Source of the DNA: Clostridia bacterium
Lineage (GTDB): Bacteria; Bacillota; Clostridia; UMGS1883; UMGS1540
NCBI GenBank assembly: GCA_045533905.1
Contig: JAZSIR010000001.1
Coordinates: 81,982 to 145,981, forward strand
Length of the DNA: 64,000 bases
Reading direction: 5' to 3'
A model generated the notes under the pieces. That model saw only the letters and a list, made by a program, of their open reading frames with translations. It made no database searches and was not told the DNA's origin. The position numbers and the translations under genes are program-made. Below are positions 16,942 through 27,282 of the stretch, one piece after another (positions within the stretch are counted from its first letter, which is position 1; the number at the start of each line of letters is the position of its first letter).

Positions 16942-18072
16942 TCAAAAAGCTGTAATGTATGTAAGGAATGCGGCAAGCCGTGCTTTCTCCCCTTCCAAAC
17001 CTTTCGGAAGGCCCGGAAAGGCAGAAGGCTTCTTCAGAATATGTTCTTTCAGAATTCCCTGCGCATACATCGAATCTGCAATTTCTGCCGCCTCCAAAAA
17101 GGCGCCGAAATGATTTCTGTGTGTGGGATCGAAGGCCGTGTAGTTTTTCGTTTCCATCCGCGCGTTGAAATCCGAAAGCCAGTCGGAAATGTCGCGCGGC
17201 GGGCCGAACTGGTCCGCGGCAGAATCGATGTTTGCCACATCGTTTTCTACAACGCTGAGGTTATGGAGATACGCGGCCTTTTCCTCGCCGAGTGCATCGT
17301 AAAGCGGCTTGTCGACGGAAAACACGTCAATAACAGGCACATTTTCCTCCTTGCCGAGCTGGCGAAGTGCCACGGCATACGGGAATTCGTGATGCGCATC
17401 CTTGCCGCCGCAAAGGCCGGGACGCGGCAGAAGCTTGCCGTCCGTAAACGAATGGGTCGCACCCGTAACTACGAGAATAGGATAGGCACCCTTTTCGCGG
17501 ATTTTATCGATATAAAATTTGTGGTACCCTTTATACGTGGCACCCGAATCAAACGGATGATACGGATCGCCCGCCATTTCGATAAGGCCGGCGGTGGTTT
17601 CTATAATGGTCTCGATTCTCTCAGGAGAATAACCTTCCGCCCGAAGGGCTTCTTCATAGCCTTCGTCCCATCCTGTTGTGGGGCGGCGCATTTCCTCCGT
17701 CGGCACAACGGTGGGATACACACCGTTTGCATCCGCCTCGCCGAGCCATACGTGCTTATTCACGCGGTAGGCACAGCTTGCCGAGTCATCGTCATTACAC
17801 ATAAACTGGATAAGGACATAGTCGCCCTCCCCAATCTCCGAAAGTGCAGGCCCCATATGATAGGGCGGCATTTCTTTGGTAAAGCGCCCGTCATCTACGA
17901 ATCTGCCCTCGTTGAGAAAGCTCCGGCAGCTTCTGCCGCCCATCGCGTAGTTTCGTATTTCCACCGCTTCGTCAAAAAAGAAACGAAGCGGGTCTCCCCA
18001 GCCACAGTAAAATTTGCCGTGGTGCGCCATTCTGGTTTGTACAAGGGAATCTCCCAGAAGATGTATTTTCAT
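16942..18072 (-). CDS. GDSL esterase (rhamnogalacturonan acetylesterase/CE12-like)
   Basis: LGDS, GWG, NYAMGGRS.RSF..EGR, IQF..ND, DPTH. Confidence 0.8.
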   Translation of the reverse strand: MKIHLLGDSLVQTRMAHHGKFYCGWGDPLRFFFDEAVEIRNYAMGGRSCRSFLNEGRFVDDGRFTKEMPPYHMGPALSEIGEGDYVLIQFMCNDDDSASCAYRVNKHVWLGEADANGVYPTVVPTEEMRRPTTGWDEGYEEALRAEGYSPERIETIIETTAGLIEMAGDPYHPFDSGATYKGYHKFYIDKIREKGAYPILVVTGATHSFTDGKLLPRPGLCGGKDAHHEFPYAVALRQLGKEENVPVIDVFSVDKPLYDALGEEKAAYLHNLSVVENDVANIDSAADQFGPPRDISDWLSDFNARMETKNYTAFDPTHRNHFGAFLEAAEIADSMYAQGILKEHILKKPSAFPGLPKGLEGEKARLAAFLTYITAF

Positions 18073-18104
18073 TGTAATTCTCCTTTTGTTGTTTCGCCCC
18101 GATT

Positions 18105-20429
18105 CTAACACTGATATGTATAGGTCTCCCCTTTTCGGAGGGTGACTTCTTTCCTGCCACCATCAAACGGCAGGTATAATTCGAAAGCGGTATCCCGGTC
18201 GGCTTCGATTGTGCCGCAGCACTCCTTTTTGGAAAGGTTCCAGTGGATGGTGACGGTGCCGCCGTAAAAATGCAGTTTTGCACTGCCTTCGCCGTATTCC
18301 ATAGGACACGCGGGCAGAATTTTCAAAGCATTCGGCAAGGCGTATAAGAGCATATCCTGTGTGACATTCACAAAGCCCATAAGAGCATCGAGCTGCACGG
18401 GCGCACGATATGCATTGCCGCTGTCATAGCCGGTAATCCCCATATCCCTATAGTCGTGCCCGAGCGTGAAAAGATTTTCCAAAAGGCATACCTTAGCCAA
18501 GGCATTCATGCAGTAAAAAACATTTTCGCCATCTTCAAAGCGCGCGTATACCGCGCCCATATGCGGAAGCGTCCAGCCCCAGAAGGACCCTTTTGTTCGT
18601 AAATCCAGCGCCTTTTTGCAGGCAGGCATAAGATCCCGATTATCGCGGAAATTTATCTCCGTGCCCGGGAAAACGGGATACAGATGCGAAATGTGCCTAT
18701 GACCATAGGCATCGCCGTGCGCCTCGCTGACCCATTCCGAAAGCGCACCGTCGCCATTGATGCGATACGGCGGCAGTTTTGCAAGAAGCGCTTTCCAGCC
18801 TTCGGCCTTTTCAGAAAGTGCCGGCCGCGTCTTGGCTTCTGCAATCAGATTTGTGAGAAGCTCGCGGAGGATAGCGATTTCTATCGTGGGATTTTCCGTT
18901 GTGGGCATACTGTGGTCTTTGGACCTATCGTGATATTCTATCGGCGAATTTTCGGGAGAAACCGCGGGATAGAGTACAAAATTGCCGTCTTTATCCTGAT
19001 AGGCGAAATCCTCATAAAATGCAGCCGCTTCCATCATAAACGGAAGTATTTTTTCTTCAAGCAGTTTTGTATCTCCCGTGCGAAGATAGTAGTTATAAAA
19101 ATGCTGCGAAAGCCACCCTGCCACGCCGTTAAAATGCAGAATCACGGGCACAAACCAGGCTACAGCGGCATTTACGGGCGTGGTGTAGGTGCCGATAAAG
19201 ATACCTCGTGCGCCATAGAGTTTTCGCGCGTTTTCGCGGTATTTCTCCATATTGGCAAAATAGTATTCAATAAGGCTTTTGTCAAATTCGAACAGGCCGC
19301 CTTTTTGCGTATGCCAGTATATGCTCTGCACGTTTTCATTGGCAACGTGGTGTGTGAAGCTGCATTCATATCCGCCTACCCATAAGCCGTAAAGCGGGAA
19401 AGGAAGCCCTTCTATACTTGTGCCGCTGATGAAAAGGTAGCGGCCGAAGCGCCAGATTTTTTCTGTAAGCTCCGGAGAAAGCGTATCCTCGCGCGCCGCC
19501 GCGAGAAGCTCTTCGTTCGAATGCATTTCTTCTCCCGTATAAAGCGAAATATCGGCAGCGTTGTAGAGTCTTTGGTATTCGGGCAGATTCTCGCGGAAAA
19601 TCTCGTCATATGCCGAGGGGCAGGCACAAAGTTCCTCGCATACGCGCTTTTCCCCTGTCTTCCGGTCACATTCGCCGGAGAATGCCTTTATCAGAAGAAG
19701 GGCTTTCTTGCTTTTGGTGACGCGGATGCCCGCCCCGTCTGTAAAGGACGCCCCGTCCGCTATAACGCGGCATACAATACCGAAATACTTCCCCTCGTTT
19801 TCCGAGGAATATATGTAGCAGTCCCGGGTGGCAGAATATTCTGCCGTTTCCTTGTCCGCGAGCGCAAGATTTCTCTCCTTAACGCCTTCAAAGCTTAGGA
19901 AAAATCCGCTTGTTACCCCGAAATCCATTTCCTGTTCCGCGGTAAGCTCCACCGCAATGAGATCGCGGCTTCGGGACGCGATATAGCGCCTTCTGAAAGA
20001 ATGGCCGTCAATTTTGTAGGAAACCTCGGTTTCTGCCGTATCCATATGGATAACACGGCGGTAGTGACTGTAAACGCCGTAACACGGGAGCGAGAGCTTT
20101 ACACATCCGAGTGTGCGCATATTTCCGAGCTTTGTGTTGTATCCCTTTTCGCAAAGGGCATTATACATGAGCATATTCGCTTCTTCAAAGCGGCGCGCTT
20201 CTCTGAGCGCCCGCATCTTGCCGAGGTATTCCGAAACATCCGGCAAGGTATCGTCTTCCCCACCATACCACATAGTATTTCTGTTTAGGATGACCGTCTC
20301 CGCCGAAACGCCGCCATACAGAAGCGCACCCGTGGAGCCTGTCCCGATGGGCGAGCTGTCTCTCCACCGGTGCGGAAAGACGGATGCAGGCCGTTTCATA
20401 ATACTGTCATGTATAGTATATTCTCGCAT
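18105..20429 (-). CDS. GH95 alpha-L-fucosidase-like glycoside hydrolase
   Basis: PIG.G..GA..YGG, FGRYLFIS, LYGLW, SPEN, HRHISHLY..FP; start re-set to MREY after GGGGA RBS. Confidence 0.88.
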   Translation of the reverse strand: MREYTIHDSIMKRPASVFPHRWRDSSPIGTGSTGALLYGGVSAETVILNRNTMWYGGEDDTLPDVSEYLGKMRALREARRFEEANMLMYNALCEKGYNTKLGNMRTLGCVKLSLPCYGVYSHYRRVIHMDTAETEVSYKIDGHSFRRRYIASRSRDLIAVELTAEQEMDFGVTSGFFLSFEGVKERNLALADKETAEYSATRDCYIYSSENEGKYFGIVCRVIADGASFTDGAGIRVTKSKKALLLIKAFSGECDRKTGEKRVCEELCACPSAYDEIFRENLPEYQRLYNAADISLYTGEEMHSNEELLAAAREDTLSPELTEKIWRFGRYLFISGTSIEGLPFPLYGLWVGGYECSFTHHVANENVQSIYWHTQKGGLFEFDKSLIEYYFANMEKYRENARKLYGARGIFIGTYTTPVNAAVAWFVPVILHFNGVAGWLSQHFYNYYLRTGDTKLLEEKILPFMMEAAAFYEDFAYQDKDGNFVLYPAVSPENSPIEYHDRSKDHSMPTTENPTIEIAILRELLTNLIAEAKTRPALSEKAEGWKALLAKLPPYRINGDGALSEWVSEAHGDAYGHRHISHLYPVFPGTEINFRDNRDLMPACKKALDLRTKGSFWGWTLPHMGAVYARFEDGENVFYCMNALAKVCLLENLFTLGHDYRDMGITGYDSGNAYRAPVQLDALMGFVNVTQDMLLYALPNALKILPACPMEYGEGSAKLHFYGGTVTIHWNLSKKECCGTIEADRDTAFELYLPFDGGRKEVTLRKGETYTYQC

Positions 20430-20452
20430 ACTCTGTTTCCCCATGATTTGTT

Positions 20453-21823
20453 CTATATATCGTCCGCAAGGACTCTGCGTTTTTTCCATATACCGCTTAA
20501 AAAGTATATAAGGGACGGGATGGCGTACCCGTACGGCGCAAGCGCGTACCCGAGCACAAATCCGTAAAAGCCGAAGCCGAAATAAATACCGAAAAGCCAG
20601 CTGAGGCCTATACGGAGTGCCACACCGTCTAAAATAGAAAGCACCATACCGAATTTTACATTGCCGATGCCCTGAATGAAGGCGCCTGTGCCCCGCATAA
20701 TGGCAAAGGGAATAAACATCCACACGATAGCTCTGATAAAGGTGCCGGAAAGTCCGTGTACCATCGAATCATCAGAAAAGAGCATAAACAGTGCTTTCCC
20801 GAAGCAGAGATACAGAGACAGGAAAAGCACGGTGAAAAGCCCCGAGAAAACCCACGCCAGATGTACCACTTTTTGGGCGCGGCCGAGCTTCTTTGCGGCA
20901 ATATTCTGGCTGATCATCGGAAGCGCCGCGTACTGGATGCCCATAGATATCTTATTCATAATGTCGTCAATTCTGACGCCGACGCCAAAGGTGGCCGATT
21001 CTACAACGCCGAGCGAATTAATCATGGCGTTTACATACAGCATCGAAATATTGATAAAGCCGGACTGAATCGCCATCGGCGTACCAAGGCTTAAAATCAT
21101 TTTTACATATTTCAGAACGGGTTTGAAGCTTACGGGTTTGAAGTCAAAGCCAAACTCAAATTTGTTTTTGTAGAGGTAGTAGAGCGAAAACAAAAACGAT
21201 ACCGCCTGCCCGATGATGGTCGCCCACGCCGCACCTGCGACGCCCCAGCCCCATATGCCCGTGAAAAGAATATCGAGCACGAGATTTACAACAGAGGCAA
21301 TGGCGATAAAAAGAAGCGGTCTTTTGGAGTCGCCCATCCCGCGGAGTATGGCCGATACCAGATTATACCCTGCGGTAAAAAGCATACCGGCCCCGCAAAT
21401 GACAAGATAACTGTCGGACATCGCAACGGACTCCGGCGGAATATTCATAAGCCGGATGACCAGATTCTTGGAAAGAATAATAATGACGGAAAAGAGAAGC
21501 CCCATCGCTAAAATGACTGTAAAAAGCGTGCCGATGATGTTGTTATTTTCCTTTTTCTTATCCGCCCCGAGCGCCTGTGCGATCAGCACCTGGCCGCCGT
21601 TTGAAAAGCCGAGGCAAACCATCGTGGCAAAATTGAGAATGGAGCTCGACTGTGATACGGCGGAAAGCCCTGCCGTGCCGACATATTTACCGACGATGAT
21701 CATATCAATCGTAGAATACAGAACCTGCAGGGCGTTGGAAAGCATAAAGGGAAACATCAGCGAGAAGAGTTGCCGCGCCAGGCTTCCGTTTGTAAAATCT
21801 TTGGTAAGTTTCGTAGTTCTCAT
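20453..21823 (-). CDS. MATE efflux family transporter
   Basis: LRGMGDSKRPL, N.VLD, GVAGAAWATIIGQ. Confidence 0.93.
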   Translation of the reverse strand: MRTTKLTKDFTNGSLARQLFSLMFPFMLSNALQVLYSTIDMIIVGKYVGTAGLSAVSQSSSILNFATMVCLGFSNGGQVLIAQALGADKKKENNNIIGTLFTVILAMGLLFSVIIILSKNLVIRLMNIPPESVAMSDSYLVICGAGMLFTAGYNLVSAILRGMGDSKRPLLFIAIASVVNLVLDILFTGIWGWGVAGAAWATIIGQAVSFLFSLYYLYKNKFEFGFDFKPVSFKPVLKYVKMILSLGTPMAIQSGFINISMLYVNAMINSLGVVESATFGVGVRIDDIMNKISMGIQYAALPMISQNIAAKKLGRAQKVVHLAWVFSGLFTVLFLSLYLCFGKALFMLFSDDSMVHGLSGTFIRAIVWMFIPFAIMRGTGAFIQGIGNVKFGMVLSILDGVALRIGLSWLFGIYFGFGFYGFVLGYALAPYGYAIPSLIYFLSGIWKKRRVLADDI

Positions 21824-21864
21824 TCGTAAATTCGTTCTTTCTCTTCTATGTTATGTCGTTTTTT

Positions 21865-22425
21865 CTATTCCTTCCGGCAGGCGCTTAGAATCGGCGCGAC
21901 CGTGCCATCACTGACATCCGTAATAACAGTGTACAGTTTATGAATTTCTTCCGTAACGGCGCCCTGCCGCACCAGATCGCAGATAAGGGCTACGAGGGTA
22001 TCATAAAATCCATCCAGATTGAGGACGACAATCGGCACATCTATTCTTTGCAGGTACCTAAGGGTCAAAACCTGAAAGAACTCATCCATTGTACCTATGC
22101 CGCCGGGTGCGATGAAGAACACATCCGCGTGCTTTTCCATCAGGGTTTTCCGCTCGGCCATAGTATCCACCATTATGGTGTTGTCGCAATCAAAGATATC
22201 TTCAAAGGTGCTGATAAAATCCGGCGAGATGCCCATAACGAAGCCGCCATTTTCCTTCACGCCGCGCGCAACGGCACCCATACAGCCCGTGGCACCTGCG
22301 CCATACACAAGAGAAAATCCGTTTGCCGCGATAATTCTGCCGAGTTCTTCTATTTTTTCTTTATGTTTCTCTTCGATTCTTTCGTTTGCGCCGCCGTATA
22401 CACAGGCGAAATATCTTTTTGACAT
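21865..22425 (-). CDS. LOG family nucleotide phosphoribohydrolase (TIGR00730)
   Basis: LVYGAG..G.MG, M.ERK..M, PGGIGTMDE. Confidence 0.92.
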   Translation of the reverse strand: MSKRYFACVYGGANERIEEKHKEKIEELGRIIAANGFSLVYGAGATGCMGAVARGVKENGGFVMGISPDFISTFEDIFDCDNTIMVDTMAERKTLMEKHADVFFIAPGGIGTMDEFFQVLTLRYLQRIDVPIVVLNLDGFYDTLVALICDLVRQGAVTEEIHKLYTVITDVSDGTVAPILSACRKE

Positions 22426-22523
22426 AAGGGATACCTCCTGTTCCTATTCTTTTTTATTTTATGCTTTTTTATCCCGAAAGGACATATCGGGAATGCTATG
22501 TATGACGAAGGAGTCATAGCCGC

Positions 22524-22562
22524 ATATAAAGACTGTATAATCTAGATGACAATCTTTTTAGC
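22524..22562. repeat. Junction site G
   Basis: ATATAAAGACTGTATAATCTAGATG (1 mismatch to sites A/B) + TCTTTTTAGC tail; marks GC-to-AT boundary. Confidence 0.88.
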
Positions 22563-22568
22563 AAGATT

Positions 22569-22790
22569 TCGTGTCAAGTCAGGCGAACAGTGAATAATAG
22601 GACCTACTACTTTTCCCTTAAATTTTCACTGTATTTTTTCTGAACAAAATCCATCAGAACCCGCAGGAATGTTAAATTTTCCTGCTCCGATAGTATATGT
22701 AAATATTTAAAATCGGCAAACTACCATATTTAATTATATTGATTTGCACAAGCAAAAACATAATAGAATAACCTACCATGTTTGCAAAAA
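22569..22790. mobile_element. Non-coding repeated element (MITE-like), shorter copy
   Basis: Colinear with 44012-44317; starts TCGTGTCAAGTCAGG; right IR degenerate; lacks ~70 bp internal segment. Confidence 0.75.
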
Positions 22791-22806
22791 AATACGTTTT
22801 TTGAAG

Positions 22807-24552
22807 TTATACGGCTCCTAAATCAGGTTTATCAACAAACAAAACCTCTTGTTTTCCCTTTATGCCATCTGATTCAAATAAAACTATTTCATTTTCTCCT
22901 TTTTTTAATACCGAAGCGGGAACATACAAGGTTTTCTGCGGTCCTTTGTCCCAATATCTGCCAAGATTAAAACCATTTATCATTACAAAACCTTTAGTAA
23001 AATTTTCTGTATTTAAGAATGTATCGCATGGAACATCAACTTCAAACACTCCTCTATAAAACGCAGATGGTTCTTCCACTACATCTTTGGAATACAAAAC
23101 ATGGTCTATATTCTCCATAGGCAATGGATACACATCCCAGTTGAAATGAATTTTTCCATTTAGCATACATCTGCCGGCTATACCTTTTTTACGACTCATT
23201 TTAGGTCCAAAATTTGTTCTGCCCATATTTTCACAAAGAACTGTGAGCACATCCCCACGACTTGCTGTAATCTCAATTTTTAATTCTTCATCATTTATAT
23301 AAACAATCCCAACAAGGTTTCTATTAATATAAATCTGTGCTCTGTCACCAAGACTTTCAAACTCTAATTTTGCACCTTTATAATCACGATTCAACCGTGT
23401 GCAATATGCAACATATCCATATCCTTGTCCGTATTTTTCCATACACTTGGGAACTTCAGAATGTATTGGAGAAGAAAGTCTTTCTAGATTATCAAAAATA
23501 CCTCCTACTTCCGTAAGCTCTACCTTTCCGTATTCTTTTTTAGGTCTGTTCGGCGGAACTTCCGGAAGAACTCCGTCAATATATTTTTTCACCACATCAC
23601 GGACTGCATAATATTTAGGAGTAACATCTCCACATTCAGATAATAGTGCATCATAATCATAACTTGTCACATCAGGAGCAAACTTTTCATAATGATTTGC
23701 TCCGCTTGTAAATCCAAAATTTGTTCCACCTATGAACATATACATATTGAGGCTTCCCTTTTTAAGCATATCTTCTACAACTTCTGCATACTTTTCTGCA
23801 GATGTGCAATGATGTTTTTCATCTCCCCAGGCATCAAACCAACCACACCACATTTCCATACACATTTTAGGCGCATCGGGAAAAAGTTCATCATGAGCCA
23901 TAAAATTTTCTTCAACACGACTGCCGAAATTAAGCGTAGCAAAGCAACCTTCTATCATTCCGTCTAAAAGGCTTTCTTTTGAACTGCCATCTGAAGTAAA
24001 AAGTGGAATGTCTATTTCCTGTTCCCGGTAAAAATCACACAAATACTTAAGATATTCCTTATCGTCACCATAGTAACCATATTCGTTTTCACACTGCATC
24101 ATTATAACAGGGCCACCATTTGTACACAGATACGGTCTTACCTCGTCAAATAGCTTCTTAAGATAATTGCTGAAACACTTTATATAATACGGATTGGAAC
24201 AACGTATTTCCATTTCTTCATTTTCCTGTATCCACCAGGGCAATCCGCCGAATTCCCATTCCGCGCAGATATATGGTCCCGGGCGTACGATAACCATAAG
24301 TCCCTCTTCACCTGCTTTTTTGATAAAATCTGATATATTGAGATTTCCTGAAAAATCAAATTCTCCTTGCTTTTTTTCATGCATATTCCATGCGCAGTAT
24401 GTTTCAACACAGTTACAACCCAAGGCTTTCATTTTTTTGAAAATATCAGTCCATGTGTCAGACATATTGCGGAAATAATGTACAGCACCTGATATTATCT
24501 TTATAGGTTTCCCATCCCTATAAAACTGATTACCTTTAATCTCAAAAACCAT
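22807..24552 (-). CDS. Beta-galactosidase, GH35 (AT-rich cassette)
   Basis: SGAVHYFR, RPGPYICAEWEFGGLP.W, ENEYG, YMFIGGTNFG, TSYDYDA. Confidence 0.95.
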   Translation of the reverse strand: MVFEIKGNQFYRDGKPIKIISGAVHYFRNMSDTWTDIFKKMKALGCNCVETYCAWNMHEKKQGEFDFSGNLNISDFIKKAGEEGLMVIVRPGPYICAEWEFGGLPWWIQENEEMEIRCSNPYYIKCFSNYLKKLFDEVRPYLCTNGGPVIMMQCENEYGYYGDDKEYLKYLCDFYREQEIDIPLFTSDGSSKESLLDGMIEGCFATLNFGSRVEENFMAHDELFPDAPKMCMEMWCGWFDAWGDEKHHCTSAEKYAEVVEDMLKKGSLNMYMFIGGTNFGFTSGANHYEKFAPDVTSYDYDALLSECGDVTPKYYAVRDVVKKYIDGVLPEVPPNRPKKEYGKVELTEVGGIFDNLERLSSPIHSEVPKCMEKYGQGYGYVAYCTRLNRDYKGAKLEFESLGDRAQIYINRNLVGIVYINDEELKIEITASRGDVLTVLCENMGRTNFGPKMSRKKGIAGRCMLNGKIHFNWDVYPLPMENIDHVLYSKDVVEEPSAFYRGVFEVDVPCDTFLNTENFTKGFVMINGFNLGRYWDKGPQKTLYVPASVLKKGENEIVLFESDGIKGKQEVLFVDKPDLGAV

Positions 24553-24689
24553 AATTTTGTCTCCTATCTTAAATCAACTATCATTTCAAATATTAAAATT
24601 TAACATAACTCACTCTTGGCTCATGTCAATTCAGGAGTAAAAAATCATATAATCATTATTCAAAAGTTATCGTTTACAAGCTATTCAAA

Positions 24690-25196
24690 TTACACGATTT
24701 CTATTTGCACTGCCTTCATAGCCTCAAGTGCTGTTTTGTGACTTTCGACACTAACTCCTGCACAGCACTTGCCATCAACAACTATTTTTGTTTCAGGAAA
24801 GCTCGCTTTTAATATCATAGCGTTTGAAATTACGCAAATATCTGTACACAATCCGCACAATTCTATTTCATCTATCTCATCGCCATAATCTTTCAGTATT
24901 CCTGGCAAATCGACACTTCCAAATGTAATTTTATTAACAACATCATTAGCATAAGCCTTAAGTTCATCACAAATCTGCCAACCATCAGTATCTTTAATAC
25001 AATGCTCTACCGGAAGATTTTTGCCTTCCTGTGTCTTCATATAGTCTTCAAAATGTGTATCTCTTGTAAATATAATTTTACCATCAAAATTTTTAACCTT
25101 TTCAACTACATCCGGCACAATTTTCTCAGCAAGCACACTACCCAGACTGCCTGTTATAAAATCATTTTGCATATCAACTACAATTAAATACTTCAT
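24690..25196 (-). CDS. Isochorismatase-family cysteine hydrolase (nicotinamidase-like)
   Basis: VVDMQNDF, TRDTH, HC, K.TFG, GLCTDICV. Confidence 0.92.
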   Translation of the reverse strand: MKYLIVVDMQNDFITGSLGSVLAEKIVPDVVEKVKNFDGKIIFTRDTHFEDYMKTQEGKNLPVEHCIKDTDGWQICDELKAYANDVVNKITFGSVDLPGILKDYGDEIDEIELCGLCTDICVISNAMILKASFPETKIVVDGKCCAGVSVESHKTALEAMKAVQIEIV

Positions 25197-25292
25197 TTTC
25201 TTCTCTCCTTTTTAGGATATAATCCGAGTTATCCAAACATCAAGTTACGAATAAAATCCAAGAAACGTATTCTGTATACGGGCAGGAAGTCT

Positions 25293-26573
25293 TTACATAT
25301 GGCCACCATCGATTTCTGCCGTATTCTTTCCGTGAATTATGACCGTTTTATCCTCCGGCACATAGGCATCGGGAAAATGCACCATAATATCATCTTTTTC
25401 AAGTTCTGCCTGCAGTGCGGGAACAGAAACATCTGCGGCGTTTACGCCGTCCCGGATGGCCATACACGCGACGTGCGCCGCTGCCTGCCCCGTAATGATG
25501 GCCGGCGGAATTACGCGGAGAATATCCCAGCCGTACCCCTCGCCCGCGGCGCTTCTGCCTGCGGTGAGCATATTCGGATAGTCTTTTCTGGTGATGCAGC
25601 GCAGCGGCACCTCAAACAAATGGTCTCTGTGTTCAAAATCGTTGATAGCACAAATGGAATCGTCAAAATGCCTATAGGCATCTCCAACTTTTAAGGCATA
25701 GTCTGCATCCAGACGGCAGGTGGTTCGAAACTGCGGCATAAACGGAAGATGTGTAATCTCGCGGCTGCATCTGTCTGTTTCTTTGAGTTTTTGAAGCACA
25801 AGCCGCTGATTCCGTATGAGATAATCCGTTACCTCCTCGACGGTAAGGCCTGACCACTTCGGAATATCCTCCGGCTGATTATCGCCAAAAAGATTTACCT
25901 CCCCGCCGTTTATATTCGTGAAAGCGTGATAAATATTCTGTGCCTTTACTGCTTTTTCGCACGATGTAAGGGTTATCATTTTGGCGCAGTAGGTGAAGAA
26001 ATTCTGCCCTTTTACCACCGGCACCCCGCCGCGGCGAAGAACATCGCAGTCCCCCGTTACATCGATCAGCATCTTGCAGCCGTAATACGCGGTTGCGGAT
26101 TTGCTCTCTGTAATTACGCCTTTACATACCTTCCCTTCCATAACAGGTTCCGAGGCGATGCAGTCCAACAAAATATCAGCACCGGATTTTACGATTTCTT
26201 CCGTAAGCTGCAAGGCAAAAATATCCGGAGAATATCTTTGGACATATCGAATTTCCGTAGGCTCCTTCGGTTCGCCGTTCTTCCACTCCCGCGGGATGGT
26301 GTCATACCCATACTTTGCACTCAGCCGCGCCCACTTTTCGCACAGGCCGAAAATAATCTGTTTGCCGCGGCCGTTACACATCGGCACGAAGAGGTTAATA
26401 ATGCCCAGCGTGGCAAGGCCACCTAAAATATTGGATTTTTCAAGGAGCAGCACCGAGTGGCCTTTTCCGGCGGCTGTCACAGCTGCCGCGACGCCTGCCA
26501 CGCCGCCACCGCATACGATAACATCATACCGCTTTTTCATCTGCAGTTTTTTGGTGATTGTAATGCTCTCCAT
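25293..26573 (-). CDS. FAD-dependent oxidoreductase
   Basis: DVIVCGGGVAGVAAA, LLEK...LGG, ID.TGD.D, AGR. Confidence 0.9.
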   Translation of the reverse strand: MESITITKKLQMKKRYDVIVCGGGVAGVAAAVTAAGKGHSVLLLEKSNILGGLATLGIINLFVPMCNGRGKQIIFGLCEKWARLSAKYGYDTIPREWKNGEPKEPTEIRYVQRYSPDIFALQLTEEIVKSGADILLDCIASEPVMEGKVCKGVITESKSATAYYGCKMLIDVTGDCDVLRRGGVPVVKGQNFFTYCAKMITLTSCEKAVKAQNIYHAFTNINGGEVNLFGDNQPEDIPKWSGLTVEEVTDYLIRNQRLVLQKLKETDRCSREITHLPFMPQFRTTCRLDADYALKVGDAYRHFDDSICAINDFEHRDHLFEVPLRCITRKDYPNMLTAGRSAAGEGYGWDILRVIPPAIITGQAAAHVACMAIRDGVNAADVSVPALQAELEKDDIMVHFPDAYVPEDKTVIIHGKNTAEIDGGHM

Positions 26574-26594
26574 CGTGCCTCTCCTTTTCTGTTT

Positions 26595-27272
26595 TCAGCG
26601 AAGGTGCTCCCGCACCACATCGAGGATTCTGGCCATGCCGCGGACGGTGGGATGGCCAGACAATTTTTCGATACTGCGAAGTTCTATAACGGTAATGCCT
26701 TTCTTCTCGGAGAATTTTTTATAGAAATCAATAATTTCGTCTTTGAGGTTTTCAATATTCAAAATGCAGTATACCTTTGCATCCGGTATTGTTTTGACGA
26801 TAAGGTCCTCAAGATATGCAAAGCCGGGCAGGGCATTATATAAATCTTCCCGCTTCCAGCCCGATTCCATCGGCTCGCCGAGCGGGGAATTTACCCACGA
26901 ATCGTTCGTGCCGCCGAAGAGAAACACGGTGTCAATATGATTTTCCCTGAAAAAGCCTTCTTCTATCAGTTTTTCGAAGCGGCCGATAAAGGACCGGTCG
27001 CTGACATCCATGCCGTCCTTCCCCGTATTGCAGACCGTGGTGCCTGACCAGCTGCAGTTACGGATAAGCTTGCCGTTTTCCTCGATGAGTGTATACCACC
27101 AAGTTTCTTCTACTTTCGAAACATCGTTATCACAACGCGTAAGCGTTTCATCCGCTTTCAGATAAAACGGCCCCTCCGGCGTATAATAAGCAGAATACCC
27201 TTCCGGAATGTGCCCTCTGAAGGTTGAATAGCTATCCCCCAAAATAAAAACATTACCCAGCAATTTTCTCAT
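26595..27272 (-). CDS. SGNH/GDSL hydrolase
   Basis: LGDSYST, SWSG, GGTND, GHP. Confidence 0.88.
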   Translation of the reverse strand: MRKLLGNVFILGDSYSTFRGHIPEGYSAYYTPEGPFYLKADETLTRCDNDVSKVEETWWYTLIEENGKLIRNCSWSGTTVCNTGKDGMDVSDRSFIGRFEKLIEEGFFRENHIDTVFLFGGTNDSWVNSPLGEPMESGWKREDLYNALPGFAYLEDLIVKTIPDAKVYCILNIENLKDEIIDFYKKFSEKKGITVIELRSIEKLSGHPTVRGMARILDVVREHLR

Positions 27273-27282
27273 TTCCTTTCTT

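Noticed and set aside
20430-20723. 872 aa version of the GH95 ORF
   Set aside because: Extension overlaps the MATE gene; RBS supports start at 20429.
24598-24625. Perfect E. coli XerD arm (ATTTAACATAA) as chromosomal dif site
   Set aside because: No XerC-like arm at 6 bp spacing; no gene-strand switch here; overlaps a plausible -10 region; may be chance in AT-rich DNA.
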